The notes below the pieces were generated by a model. It searched no databases and was not told where the DNA came from. It saw only the letters and a list, made by a program, of their open reading frames with translations. Shown one piece after another: positions 37,985 to 51,149 of a DNA stretch of 64,000 nt. The position numbers and the translations under genes were made by a program. The DNA lies in contig CM059432.1 in NCBI GenBank assembly GCA_030390025.1, positions 58,220,001 to 58,284,000 of the forward strand, in the 5' to 3' direction. Position 1 is the first letter of the stretch. Each line of letters starts with the position of its first letter. The DNA is from Squalus acanthias. Its lineage: Eukaryota.

Positions 37985-38785
37985 TGCAGCGGTTCAGTCA
38001 TTGAGTGCCATATGAAGTTTATAGAGCATGGCGGATGGGAGGTTGGCCGGGAGAGCATTCGAATAATTGAATCTGGAGACATGAATGAGAGTTTCAGTGG
38101 AAGATAGACTCAGGCTGGTACAGAGGGCCAGTGATATTATGGAAGTAGAAGTAGGTGAACAAAAGAACATAATAAATAGGAGCAGGAGTAGACCATTCGG
38201 CCCCTCCGCCATTCAATAAGATCATGGCTGACCTTTGACCACAACTCCACCTTCCCGCACTGTCCCCATATCCCTTGAGTCCCTTAGTATCCAAAAACCT
38301 AGCGATCCCTGTCTTGAATATACTCAACGACTGAGCATCCACAGGTCTCTAGGGTAGAGAATTCCAAACATTTACAACCCTTTGAGTGAAGAATTTCTCC
38401 TCATCTCAGTTGTAAATGGCCATTCCCTTATTCTGAGACTGTGACCCCTCGTTCTAGACTCCCCAGCCAGGGGAAACATCCTCCCAGCATCTACCTTGTC
38501 AAGCCCCTTCGGAATTTTATATGTTTCAATGAGAACACTCCTCATTCTTCTAAACTCTAGGGAATATAGGCCTAGTCTACTCAATCTCTCCTCATAGGAC
38601 ATAGGTGATCTTTGTAATGCAAAGGATATGAGGTTGGAAGCTCAGCTTGGTGATGAATAGGATGCTGATATTGAGAACAATCCAGTTCAACCTCATACAG
38701 AGGGGAGTGAGATGGTGACAAGGATATGTAATTTGTGGTGGGCGTCGCAGACAATGGCTTTGATCTTCCCAAACTGGCTGCATTC
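37985..38785 (-). mobile_element. L2 fragment interrupted by a CR1 3' fragment (~38160-38600)
   Basis: TETLIH..SRFNYSNAL L2 peptide; CR1 ORF 38372..38602 and tail. Confidence 0.75.
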
Positions 38786-38789
38786 AGGA

Positions 38790-40665
38790 CAGCCCAATTT
38801 TACAAAGGGGGCCTAAAACAGGTGTTAGTTCCCCTATTTGCATATGCAAAAGGCCTAAAGCCTGTTTCAGGCGCGGGCCATGGACTCCTGTTTTTCTGCC
38901 TTTACCAATATAGCAAGCAGCGCACCTGCAGCCTGTAAGGAGCGTGCATGCACTGCCTGCCATGTTGTTGTAGGAACCTTTTCTGATTAGGCTGCTCCAG
39001 TGCCTGATTCGCCACATGCAAGCCTCAGCCAACAACTCATGGCACTAACAGGCATGAAGGATCCTTCAACCGTGCTATTGACAGAGCTCATCTACTACTT
39101 ACAGGTTAGTTGTTGGTTTGTCATTTGAGGCCCGCTGGTTAACTTCTGGGCATTTTTTTGGCCTGTTTTCTGAATCTGAAAACAGTTTTGACTGCTGAAA
39201 TTTTGCTGGTGCGGTACTGTTTTTGGCTGCTTTTAAAGCAGTTTGACTGCAGTTATGCTTAGTCTGATAGGGCTCCCTTTAGGGCTGGACAACAAGGGGG
39301 CCAGCAAGGCAGACAGCAGAGAGCACAAGCAGATGCGACAAGAGGGAGAAGGAGGAGGGTACTGCGCAGGAGGCCATACTTACAGCAGGTATTCAGGGAA
39401 CACTTATCCTACATGAACTACTCAAAGTAGCAATGTCCGAGGCTGTCACCGAGCTATGTCACCTGCTGCAATCCTAACTCGAGCCGTGCACCAGAGCATG
39501 GACAGCACTACCTGTGGCTGTCAAGGTCACCGTGGCCCTTAACTTTAATGCCAGGGGCTCCTTTCAGGCTGCAGCAAGTGACATCAGTGACATATCACAA
39601 TTCGCAGTCCACCACTGTATCAAGGAGGTCACCGAGGCTACACCAGGAGGAACACCTACATCTCATTCCCAATGGACACAGTGAAGTAGGACAAGAAAGC
39701 ATTAGGCTTCGGCCGCATGGCCGGCTTCCCCAGGGTGCAAGCTGCTTCAGACTGCACCCACATTGTCTTGCATGCTCCACTTCACCAGCCATTAAGTTAG
39801 AGGCTGGCTACTGGGAGACGAGGGATATCCCCTTTGCAATAGGCTGATCACTCCTGTCAGAAACCTGGGCACAGCTGCAGAGCTGGCCTACAATGAGAGC
39901 CATACCACCACAAGAAACATAATCGATCAAATAATCAGCGTGCTCAAACAACCCTTCCGCTGTCTGGACCATTCTGGAGGAGCTTTTCAGTACACCCCAA
40001 GCGAGTATCCAGATTTGTGGTCATCTGCAACATGCTCCATAACTTTGCGATAATGGGAGACCAGCCCTTACCACCAGCTGGGTAGGAGGAGGAGCAGGAA
40101 CATCAGGAGGAGGAGGATCATGAAGAGGAGGAAGAGCAGGAGAGGCATTGACCACCAGTGCCCCTTGCTGCCAGAGCTCTCAGAGCGCAGCTCATCAAAG
40201 AGCGCTTCACCTAAATCAACCCCCCCATTGTCAATACACCAACAGTCCAGCAATCCTTACCACCATCCTTACTACCACCATCCAATTTCCTTCCTTCAGT
40301 CCAGCTGTATGGGTCTTGTCCTCACTTCCCTGCAAATATAAACACCATCAAATCCAGAACAAAAAACAAATTTAACAAATAACTCAATTCCATCTCGATC
40401 TAACAGTTAACAGAAAATATTATGAATCATCCTCGTGCAAGCTTTGAGTGCCTGTCTTGTGTACTCATTTCTCTATCCTAGGGAAATGACAAACCAGCAA
40501 CTAACCTGTAAGTACTGCACTGGTGAAGGGTCCTTCCTGCCTGTTAGTGCCATGAGTTGCTGGGCGAGTTTAGCACATGGCGAGTCAGGCACTGAGGCAT
40601 ACCAAAATCGGGGAGGACCCTTATTTACATAACCCAATCATTGATTTAAATAATTCTGGCATGCA
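38790..40665 (+). mobile_element. Heavily decayed Harbinger with transposase remnant (~39240-40210)
   Basis: Fragments VAVKVTVALNF, GFPRVQ, WLLGDEGYP, FRCLDHSGGAFQY, homologous to 45291-46280. Confidence 0.8.
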
Positions 40666-40669
40666 CTCT

Positions 40670-41921
40670 GGGGGCTAGAAATTCATCTACTTTCCGCCAC
40701 TCCATAGCTCCATGTAACGGCGAAAATATGGCAGCCGCCATTCTATCGGCAGCTGGTGGCGGGTCTCCCGGCAGCCGCTATTTTCCTCTCTCCCTTTGCA
40801 CTGCCGGTAACTGGCAGCGCCCTGAGAAAAAAATGGTGGCGTGGTGACGCCAATTGGCGTGCAACGCCAACTTAACATCACCACTCCGAACTTCGACCCT
40901 AGCGCTGAATTCAGTGCTGGGTCCTAAGCACACCAAGGAAACCTGACAAGCAGGCTGACAGTGGCAATGTCAGCACCTCTTAAAGGGTCAAACACATCTT
41001 TCAGGTAAGTTTGCATTTAAGCTTTTGGACTGTTTTTTTTGGATTTTATTGAAGTAGTGGCTTGCTGCAATAGATGTTAAAAGTTCTTAAAGTGTGTAGG
41101 GAGTGCTGCTGGATTCTTGCAAGGCCTCGGATGGTAAAGGAAGGCCTCTGAGAAGACAGAAAATGCTGCAAATACTCAGCAGGTCAGGCAACATCTGTGG
41201 AGAGAGAAAGATTTCACGTCTCAGGTCGAGATGCTGCCTGACCTGCTGAGTATTTGCTGCATTTTATGCTGTCATTTCATATTTACAGCATCTGCTCGCA
41301 GAGGAAAGAGGAAGACACAGAAGAGGAAGAAGCTGAAGAGGAGGAAGCAGAAGGAAGGATGCAATCCAGACAGCACTCTTTCTGGCCGGGATATCTGGGA
41401 TGGAATCATCCGCCTGCGGTACCAGTGACCACAACCTCAATTCTCCTTTCAACATTTGTCCCACACCTTACCTTCCCTCTGTTACTGACCATCACAGCGT
41501 CCTCTTGGTCACAATGCTGAAAGGAAAGCCACCACAAAGCAAGCCTTCTAATCCAACTGCCGCTACCGCCCTGCTCTCGGACTTTAGCGCCCTAAGAGAA
41601 GTGATTAGCGCTTGATTTAGTGCTCCACTTCCCTCTTGGAGCACTAAAGCTGAATTTCTCAGCAGGAGAGAATCATTAGCGCCTGGCTCTACTTTTTCTA
41701 CTTTTCAAAAGTTAGCAATTTCACATCCGGGGCGATAACGGGGCTCTGCGCACTTTATGATGTCACGATCTGTGAGGCGCTAGAGGCCCAGGCGGTAAAC
41801 TGGCACTGAAGTTCGAGGGTGTTGCTGCATTCGCCATCCTGGTCGTTAACCTCATAGTGCCCCGTTAACACCCCCCCACCAGGTGCTAACGGGAGGTGCT
41901 AACCAACCGAATTTCTCCCCC
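40670..41921. mobile_element. Mosaic of Harbinger ends and internal remnants
   Basis: TIR-like GGGGGCTAGAAATT at 40670, transposase acidic C-terminus ~41295-41430, TAGCGCC-family end AATTTCTCCCCC at 41921. Confidence 0.6.
41152..41294. repeat. Decayed foldback repeat, second Penelope-like pLTR family
   Basis: AAAATGCTGCAAATACTCAGCAGGTCAGGCAACATCT is inverted against AGATGCTGCCTGACCTGCTGAGTATTTGCTGCATTTT; same family as 47817/49507. Confidence 0.6.
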
Positions 41922-43159
41922 TATACATCCATCCAATATGAAATCAAGAAATCAACTCATCACCCTTATGCATTTTAAGAACATAAGAATTAGGAGCAGG
42001 AGTAAGCCATACGGCCCTTCGAGCCTTCTCCGCTATTCAATGGCCATCATAGCTGATCTTCGATCTCAACTCCACTTTCCTGCCTGATCTCCATATCCCT
42101 TGATTCCCCTAGAGTCCAAAAATCTAGCTATCTCAGCCTTGAATATATTCAACGACTCAGCATCCACAGCACTTTGGGATAGCGAATTCCTCCTCATCTC
42201 AGTCTTAAATGGCTGACCCTTTATCCTGAAACTATGGCCACTAGTTCTAGACTCTCCAACCAGGGGAAACAACCTCTCAGCATCTACCCTGTCAATCCCC
42301 CTCAGAATTTTATATGTTTCAATGAGATCACCTCTCATTTTTCTAAACTCCAGAGAATATAGGCCCAAACTACCCAATCTCTCCTCATAGGAATACCCTC
42401 TCATCCCAAGGATCAATCTAGTGAACCTCCATTGCACCGCCTCGAAGACATGTATGTCCTTTCTCAGATAAGGAGACCGAAACTGTGCACAGTACTCCAG
42501 GTGTGGTCTCACCAAAGCCCTGTACAATTGTAGTAAGACTTCCTTACTCTTGTACTCCAACCCCCTTGTAATAAAGGCCAACATGCCATTTGCCTTCCTA
42601 ACTGCTTGCTGTACCTGCATGCTAACTTTCTGTGTTTCCTGTATGAGGACACCTAAATCTCTCTGAACACCAACATTTAATAGTTTCTCACCATTTAAAA
42701 AAATTCTGTTTTTCTATTCTTCCTACCAAAGTGAATAACCTCACAGAGTAAATATTCCATCTGCCACCTTATTGCCCACTCACTTAACCTGTCTATATCC
42801 CTTTGCAGGCTCTTTGGGGGAGAAATTCAGTATCGCCCCGTTTGGGGCGCAAAGTTTAGCGCCTGGCGCTAATTATCGCCTCCGACTGCAAATTTGGCTT
42901 TTATCGCCCCTGGAGGTGATTGGAGCACTAAATCAGGCGCTGCACACCTGTCTTAAGGCTCAAAGGCCGAGGAGCGAGACGCTAACTCAGAGCGCGAGCG
43001 CAGCGCAGGTGATGTCAGTTAGTGACGGAACACAGACACACTGGCGCCGGACAGTTCTTAAAGGGGAGGCTCGATCTTGCACTCCAGCCACACCCTGCTC
43101 TTTGGAGCCTTGAATCTCTGCCTGGAGAGACCTGTGACTAAATTTTCCAGCCAAGGACT

Positions 43160-44964
43160 ATGGAGAGGGTGAGAGAACGAGCTCAGCGCTTCAGCGAGCG
43201 GGCCTTGGAGGCTCTGGTTGGCGCGGTGGAGCGTAGAAGATCTATACTCTACCCTGAGAGTGGCAGGAGGCCTTTGCCGCGCGACTACAGAAGAGTGTGG
43301 AGGGAGGTGGCTCAGAGCGTCTCCTCCAGGAGCATGGTGCCCAGGACCCATATACAATGTCGCAAAAAGTTCCACGACCTCACTCGGGTCGTCAGGGTGA
43401 GTGGCTTTTTTTCAATACCTCTCCATCCCTCCATCTCAACCTCACTCTATGGCCAGAGGGTCTTAAAACCCCAATGCCCAACACTCATCCAACACCTATC
43501 GCCCTCTCATGAAACACACACGCACATTCCACACTTTGCATACATTAAGGGCTATTCAACTATGGGAGGCACATCAGGCAAGACCATGGCTGCATACATT
43601 AAGGGCTATTCAACTATGGGAGGCACATCAGGCAAGACCATGGCTGTATATTTACTCAGACGCCGTCCTTTTTCTTGCAGGCCAAGCTATCTCATAATAG
43701 GAGACAGCAGCAATGGACGGGTGGAGGGCGGCCTCAGCTGCAACCCCTCAGCGATCTTGAGGCGCGCTTCCACAGGATTGTGGCAAGCCAGGTGATCGGT
43801 CCCGTCGCCCCTGGAGAGGCTGACCCCATTCTGGACAGCAATGGTAAGGTCATCACCTTTTTCTCCTCTCTCATTCCACTTGTCCCTCACAACACCAGCC
43901 TTTGATACTTTCAATCCAACTTACTAAATCGCTGCACTCCTTCCTCCCTTACTGCCCCCCTGTCCTCATGCTAAAGCCACTCTTGCACCTCCCTGCTTTC
44001 AGATGGTGATTCACCAGCTGAGGAGATGGGCCCTCAAGCTGCCAGTGGGAGTGAAGCTGCAGGCGAGGAGGAAGAGGAAGCCGGAGCATCAGCGCCACCC
44101 TCTCCCGAGGAAGCCCATGCCCACACTGGGAACACATCTTCCCTGGAGGGGAGCAGGGGGGAAGGGTCTGATGAGGGTGAAGCTCCAGGACCCAGCGGGC
44201 TGCAGCAACGCGATGGGGGTAGGGAAGCTCGGGGGCCTTCTCCCCGGAGGGAGAGTAGGTCAGCGAGTCCTGCTGCACTGGACGCAGAGGAGGAGCGGCT
44301 CATCGTTGAAATGAACACCCAGGCAGTGGACATGCACACTCAGCTCATGGGTGCAGTGGGAAGGGTGCCCGAATGCATTGAATCACTGGCAAGGAGTGTG
44401 GAGCAATATGCTGTAGCACAGGCGGATGCCACGCTAAAGCTTAGTGCTGCAATTCAGTCACTGGCTGCCGTGATCCCATCTCAGACTGCTCTCATGCAGA
44501 CTCAGATTGAGGCCACGCAAGCACTGACTACTGCCATTGTCGCTGGTTCGGACACATTTCCCCGGGGCTCTCACCGCGCCACAGCAGGCCAGCAATCTGT
44601 GCTCCAGAAGATTGCTCCGGATGCTGAAGTGTTGCCTCGTGGGAGTGCCAGTGTGTCGATCGAGCAGGGAGTTGCTGTCCTCTCTCAAGATGACAGCATT
44701 CCTGCTGCCACCACTGTCACTTCCCCATTGCACTTGCCACCGCCTGTAGCCCAGACTGCTGCCGCCCATGCAGAGTTGGTGCAGTCTGCAGCCGGGCCCT
44801 CCAGGTCCAGAGCTGGTCGAGGCCGTCCTTCAAGGGCATCTGCAGTCTCAGGTTCTGACAATCAGCAGCCTTCCACCAGCCTTGCTGCAACCACTGGGGC
44901 CCCATTACGGAGGAGCAGTAGGGTGGGAAGGGGGGAAGTGTGCAAGGGAAGGAGATCACCCTGA
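43160..44964 (+). CDS. Harbinger Myb/SANT-like protein, spliced: 43160-43396, 43681-43843, 44003-44964 (453 aa)
   Basis: Canonical donors GTGAGT/GTAAGG and pyrimidine-rich CAG acceptors; phases 0 and 1 keep one open frame into ORF 44026..44964; RFSERALEALV...W.EVA..V...RT..QCRKKFHDL, TGGG. Confidence 0.88.
43537..43646. repeat. Perfect 54-bp tandem duplication in Myb intron 1
   Basis: TGCATACATTAAGGGC...GACCATGGC at 43537 and 43591. Confidence 0.95.
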
Positions 44965-45290
44965 AAGGGCAAAAAGTAGAAGGTGTGACGAAATGTTGGT
45001 CAATTTTTTATTAAAGGCTGATGTTCGTGTTCAAACTTTTGTTTAGTGTTTTGGACATTATCTCCAGGTTGTGAGAACCAGTTATGTTAATGAATGAATT
45101 TTTGTGTTTGTTTCTATTAGTTTTTCATGAAGAAATGACACATTCAGTGTTTGTAAAATAAATAAGTTTTTGTATTCAAAATGTACATGTTTGGTCTTTG
45201 GAATCATTGCTGCCTTGGCCAGCTTAGGGGTTGTGGGTTGGTTTCATTCATGTTGTTCTCCATGGCAGAAGCCATTTCCTCAGTAGGGGC

Positions 45291-46445
45291 CTAGAAGCGG
45301 CTTGTTATCAGCCGTTGATGGATGGCCCTTGCAGTTTCAACATTGTGGGCCTCCCTCCCGCCTTGGTGCTGCTGATGATCATCCTCCTCCTCTTCCTCCT
45401 CCTCTTCCTCCTCCTCCTCCAGTGGTGCTCCAAGGCCTGGTGGCATTGGCTGGGTCCTGAGGATTGCCAGGTTATACAGCATGCAGCACACAACTATGAA
45501 GAGGGAGACTCGCTCAGGCGAGTACTGCAGGGCTCCTCCTGAGTGGTCCAGACAGCGGAACCGATGCTTGAACACGCCGATCGTCTGCTCAACGATGTTC
45601 CTGGTGGCGAGATGGCTCTCGTTGTACCGCAGCTCAACAGGGGTGTTGGGGTTACGGAGCGGTGTCATCAGCCAGGCGCATAGTGGACTCTTGTCCCCGA
45701 GGAGCCAACCACTTGGCTGATGCGGTGCCTGGAAAAGTTCTGGCACAGCAGTCTGGCGCAGGATGAAAGCATCGTGGCTGCTGCCAGGATAGCGGGCATT
45801 GACGGCGAGTATAAGCTGTCTGTGGTCACAGATCAACTGGACGTTTAAGGAGTGGAACCCCTTGTGGTTGCGGAAATCCTCTGCATTCTCATGTGGTGCC
45901 CGCAATGCCACATGCATGCAGTCAATGGCGCCCTGCACCATGGGGAAGCCCGCTATCCTCGCAAAGCCCAATGCGCATTCATGCTGTTTGGCCCGGGTCA
46001 TCGGGAAAGAGATGTACTGGCGTCTCCTTTTATAGAGGGCATTTGTGACCTGATGGATGCAGTAATGGACCGCGAACTGGGAGATATTGGCGATGTCCCC
46101 AGTAGCTGCTTGAAAGGAGCCGGTGGCATAAAAGTTCAGAGCCACTGTGACCTCCACTGCCACTGACAGAGACATCCTGGTCCTCAGTAGAGGCTGCAGA
46201 TCTGGCTGCAGCAGGTGGCAGAGCTCAGTGACCACCTCCTTGCTGAAGCGTAGCCTGCGTAAACACTGCTCCTCAGACATATTAATGTAGGAGAATTATT
46301 GGCGAAATACCCTGGGAGGGTAAGGTCTCCTGTACAGAGGCCTGTTGGCCTTCCTCCGCCTGGCCATGATTGCCACTCTCTCTCTGCGTCTCTGTTGCCT
46401 TCGATTCTGCAGGCGCAGGACGACGCCCCGAATCAGTGCAGCCCC
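45291..46445 (-). pseudogene. Harbinger DDE transposase: 329-aa open core, N-terminus broken by an in-frame TAA (46296-46298)
   Basis: GAIDCMH, PGSSHDAFIL, LLGDKSPL (GY lost relative to 35670-37072), RNIVEQTIG; the upstream frame reads RRPYPPRVFRQ*FSYINMSEEQ. Confidence 0.9.
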
Positions 46446-46999
46446 CCACAGTCTCTTGGTAATCAAAGTAATGAAGGTCAAATCCAAAAGTACCTGCAAA
46501 GTGATGCTCAGTAGCCAAAACTACTTCACACAGCATTGACTCTATGCAGAAGTCTCTCCTTCTCTCTCTCAGAATCTCTCTCTCTGTCAGAATGAGTGGT
46601 GCAAAAATGTCTACCACAGAAAAAGCCAGGAAGAGGCCGCCTTTAAAGAGCAGCCCCCCAGCCCCACACCGACTGGGAAATGTTCCAGTCTACCTGTCAT
46701 TGCTTGCGCCAGGCGGAAAGGAGGGGGGCGCCACTCAATATCCGGTCCGGGGCGCCACAAGGGCGTTGCACGCTCAACTGACATCAAGATCTGCGGGTGC
46801 AGGAGATCGGGGCGGTATTGTTTAGCGCTGCCGCAAAATGTCTGGTCAATTTTGCGAGCGGCGCAGATATCACCGCGCCCGGGTGCTAGTTGCTTTGCGC
46901 CCCATTAGCGCCCTCTTAAGGTGCTAAAGGGAGGCGCAATCCAAACCAAATTTTTCCCCCTTTGTTTCCTCCTCACAGCTTATTTTTCACCTACCTTTG

Positions 47000-47810
47000 C
47001 CTATCCTACTGATGTCACGTGGGGGACACTGCAAATGGCCTTGCTGGTCGACCTTGATGTTCTGGTGGCTGGAAGTGTGAAATCGAGTGACGGTGTTTCT
47101 TCTACTTCTTCTTCTTCACTTCACTCACCTCTCCCTCTTCTTGGTCAACCACTGGCTGGGCAGGCTGCATTTCTTGGGTGTGTAAAATGAGGAAGGCACA
47201 AGGGTGGAGTTGTGGTGATGGGAGGGCGGGAAAGCAAGAGATGCATGCCAGAAGGAGGATAACATATGAAGATATCAGCATCTTTTATCCTTTCAGCTCC
47301 CAACGCTGGCCAAGGGCTCAGCCATGCCCCTGCCAAGAATGGCCTGCACCATCTCCTCCAAGGGGATGAGGTGAGGCTAGGAATGGAACATGTGCCTCGT
47401 GATTGGTGCAGGTTATTGGTAGGTGAGTAATTGGGGGGGGGGGGTGAAGTTGTTCATTGAGCAGTGTGTGAGGCTAGTGGTGCAGTTGGTAGGAGATGGC
47501 TTTTGAAGATGCATTCACTGACCTTGACCAGTGATCTGAGGTCATGAAGCTTCTTTGGGCACTGGAGCCAGGTGGTGGGGCGACACTGCTGGCAGTGATG
47601 GCCTCGGTGATGTAGTCACACATCCTTCTTTCTGGAGGGCCTCGTGGCCCCCGTGGATAGAGGGCTCGTCTTGCAGTGTTGACCCCCTGCACAATGCTGA
47701 AGTGCTGCGTGTGAGATCCTAGTGCTCCTTCCCTGGCTTGCTGAGTCATTTGTGTTGGTGTTGAAGCACTTTTCCCATTTTTTGAGGTTCGCAAGGGAAT
47801 AATCACATTT
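47000..47810 (-). pseudogene. Very decayed Harbinger Myb-gene remnant
   Basis: IVQGVNTARRALYP and KKLHDLRSLVK-coding segments followed by a GTCAGT donor. Confidence 0.55.
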
Positions 47811-47816
47811 GCGATA

Positions 47817-49610
47817 AAAACAGAAAATGCTGGAAATACTCAACAGATCAGGCAGAATATGTGAAGAGAGAAACAGAGTTAATGGCCGCGATTTCCCCTA
47901 CCTCGGCGGGTCCGGTGTGGCTGGGGTCGGTGCCGGGTCCCGACCTCGCTGCTGTCTCCAGCCCACTGTCCAAAGTGATTTTATGTTAATGGAGCTTGTT
48001 AAGCCCGCCCTGCGAGGTTCCTGGCCAATTGAAGGAAGCGGCTCTAATGACTTCACTTGATGACGTGTCATCAGCCGGTTTCCTTAAAGGGACCATGTGC
48101 AAATTTATTTTGACAGTTGTGCTGTCAGTGTTCTACAGCATTGAGGTGTTGCAAACACTGGCAAGCACTGCACAGAGCTGCACGCCTGCACCCAGACTCT
48201 CCCATGACTCCCTCCATATGCTTATGGAGGGAGTCACAGCACACAGGGAGGTCCACTTCCCTTCCAATGGGCGGAAGAGACCTCCCCAGGAGATCAACGC
48301 AGCCTGGTTGCACATTGCACAGGAGGACACAAGCAGAGATGTCGTCAGAAGGACCAGGCTGCAGTGGCGCAAACCTTTCAATGATCTCAGTAGATCACGA
48401 AACGTTACTGCAAAGCCACACTCAACTTCATCCTGCTGTGTCACTCATCACATCCCCATAACTCTGCCTTCCATACCCTACTCCTGCACATCCTTACTCA
48501 CACCAACTTACCTTGCACCTCCACCCAACCCTCTCTATCTACAATTATCACTTCCCCATCTCACTAGCCACCCCTCACACTCACCTTCATCCTAGTCCAA
48601 TCATACCAACTAATAACACACAAGGGTAGGCACTTCTTGGACAGATTTGTGTGCATCTTTGGAAGTTTCATTAGAGCAAAGGAAGTTGAGGGGTGATTTG
48701 ATAGAGGTGTACAAGATTATGACGGGTTTGGATAGGCTAGACGGGGAAAGGCTGATCCCACTAGTTGATGGTACAAGGACTAGGGGACACAGATTTAAGG
48801 TTTTGGGCAAGAGATACAGGGGGGATGTGAGGAAAAACTTTCTTACGCAGCGAGTGATGAGGACCTGGGACTCGCTGCTGACGGAAGTGGTGGAAGCAGA
48901 GACACTCAATGTTTTCAAGGGGAGACTGGATAGGCACTTGAGGGAAATAAACTTGCAGGGCTACGGGGATAGAGCTGGGGAATGGGACTGACTGGATTGC
49001 TCTACAGAGAGCTGGCATGGACTCGATGGGCCGAATGGCCTCCTTCTGTGCCGTTATGACTCTATGACTTGCAACCTGCATAAAGCTCAATCTGTCTTCC
49101 AAATGCAGTAAGCAACAGCTTCTGAGCTTAGAAAGTGAACAGCTGTGAGATGGGAGCTTTTATAGCACATTTGCAGCTGTCAAGTAAAGAAATCATCTCA
49201 TGGTGACACAACTCCCGACCTCCTTACCTGACATGATCCCCAAGCTGTGTGGACCCCATGGGAGACCTCGTAAAATGTTAAGATGAGCTCAAAATTCTCT
49301 TTAACAGGCTGTTAACAAGCTCAATCACCTAAATTGCCTCCCCCACCGCTTGGTGTCGGGTCTTTTCAGTGCTGAGAGACCCAGCATCTGGGAAACTAGT
49401 GTGGCGACGGGTTGACAGCGGGGTCCCTACTCGCTGTCAAAAATAAAAATTTTCCCACCTGACCCGCCACCAAACACACCCGTTGACCCCCCGAAAAATT
49501 CCCCCCAACGTTTCAGGTTGTTGACCTTCTCTCTTCACAGATGCTGCCTGACCTGCTGAGTATTTCCAGCATTTTCTGTTTGTATTTCAGATTTCCAGCA
49601 TCCACAGTAC
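47817..49610. repeat. Foldback repeat of the second Penelope-like family (47817-47883, 49507-49610) split by a Harbinger derivative
   Basis: AAACAGAAAATGCTGGAAATACTCA and TGAGTATTTCCAGCATTTTCTGTTT inverted; the rejoined minus strand has a partial hammerhead GAAGGUCAACAACCUGAAACGUUAAC lacking CUGA. Confidence 0.65.
47884..49506 (+). mobile_element. Internally deleted Harbinger of the 33203 family, containing a CR1 3' fragment (~48670-49068, +)
   Basis: Flanks AAT/AAC; Myb exon-1 remnant in ORF 47996..48595; the right ~430 bp resembles 37200-37602. Confidence 0.8.
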
Positions 49611-49689
49611 TTTTCTTTTGAATCACATTTGGGACTTCTTTTTAATGTTAATTTTTTTTTGAAGGGCAGTAAAGGCTTAAAACTGCATT

Positions 49690-50151
49690 TTTTCACTGCA
49701 TTTTAATTTGTATTAGCTCTGAGTGCATTGCCCCTTTAATTCATAGCCCTTTTAATTGCCCACAATTCCTTGTGAGCTCCACAGCCTCGCTCCAAGAGGC
49801 TGTGCGAAGCTCGAACGCCACTTCAGGACGAGAACTTAGCCTCGGAGGCCTCCACTAGGAGAGCGTTGCACGGAAGGTTAGCGCTGCGCCACCAATTTCC
49901 AGCCCCCCAGACAAATTTATTCTCCTTAGCGTTGCGGCCATTTTCAGCAGCTCCAGTTGCCAGTGACACCAGCAACTTTCATGGCGAACATGAATTTCTA
50001 GGCCTAGGTGCTTATGGAGAAGCCCAATCCAATATGGCGGGTGCCGCAATTCCGGCTCGAAATGAACGTACACTTCATGCCCACCATATCGGAGGCTTAC
50101 ACGCCAATTTTGTGCCCGAAATATGGGCGCGCACAATCTAATTTCTAGGCC
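49690..50151. mobile_element. Harbinger-type MITE end remnants
   Basis: CpG-rich, TIR-like AATTTCCAGCCC (~49884-49895) and AATTTCTAGGCC (~50140-50151). Confidence 0.5.
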
Positions 50152-51149
50152 ACTATTTGCCTCCACTGTTGAATTCTGTGTATATCTAACTGGAGTGATT
50201 TGGTCACCATTTATCTTGCAGATAGAAAATTAACCATTTTGTTCAGGATGATGTCATTTGTTGCTGGGAAGACAGAAAGACAGCAAGACCAAAGAAGGTA
50301 ATGACGGCAGAAATATGGTGGATCTCTGGAAAGGTTGAAGCTCAAGCTGATTAATTTGTTGAGTTATTTTTAGTGATGGAAGTTTATAAAAAATGTGTTT
50401 TAGCTGGCACCACGTGAATACATTTTAATGATACCCAATTGTGACTGAGAGTCAATTTCACTTTCAAGGTGACTGAGCAACACTACCCTAAAGGTCTTCA
50501 GTCAGGTCAGCAGGCTTCAGGTATTGGGAAATTAATTCCGTAACCGTAAACGAGTATACTTAAGTTCCATTACCCTTTGAAAGATTGCAGTAGCTTTTTT
50601 GAATCAAACTTTAAAAAGAAATAGATTTATAGTATTATAGAATTATAGCCAACACATCTGATTATAGGGTACTTATTGACAAAGAAAAAGGTTGGAAATT
50701 ATAGGGTGGAAGTCACTGTCGATGATGTTATTGTACAAACACTTAAAACTCTCATATCAAATTCTTCTCTCTGTTCTTAAAGGAGTGCATGCCTCCATTA
50801 AATTGAGAGAGAGGAATTGGATATGAGTGCATTAGTGTTCACATGATAATATTGCTGATGATACTTTCTACCCTTAGGTTTGAATCAATAGTGAGCTGAG
50901 ATGTGGAGCCAAACGTAAATGGCCCAAAAATCCTTGGGCCTGCTCCGCCAGTGTAACTGTAGCAGAACAAGTGCTGCTAACATCTGTTGCTGATCCCTCC
51001 GGAGTACTCATGGTCAGGACAGGGTCGTCTCATTATATTATTGCTCGAGGGCGCTCATGTCAGTGCGGGTGCATCTTGGGGACATGCTAAAGGAGGGCCT
51101 CCTTTATTGGCATCAAGGGTTTCTGGGGTCTTCTAGACCATAACCCTGG

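Larger units (their letters stand above)
42816..46960. mobile_element. Near-intact full-length PIF/Harbinger transposon (4145 bp)
   Basis: TIRs GGGGGAGAAATT and AATTTTTCCCCC; TSD TTT; convergent Myb (+) and transposase (-). Confidence 0.95.
41975..47000 (-). mobile_element. CR1 fragment (41975-42815, 46961-~47000) interrupted by a Harbinger
   Basis: ORF 42066..42620; the CR1 rejoins as gcaggctcTTTgtttcctcctcac. Confidence 0.9.

Noticed and set aside
43160..43795. Unspliced 211-aa ORF with repeated AYIKGYSTMGGTSGKTMA
   Set aside because: Read-through of intron 1 containing the 54-bp tandem duplication.
45291..46280. Host HARBI1 gene
   Set aside because: Lies within TIRs and a TSD opposite a Myb gene, has lesions and several local paralogues: a transposon copy.
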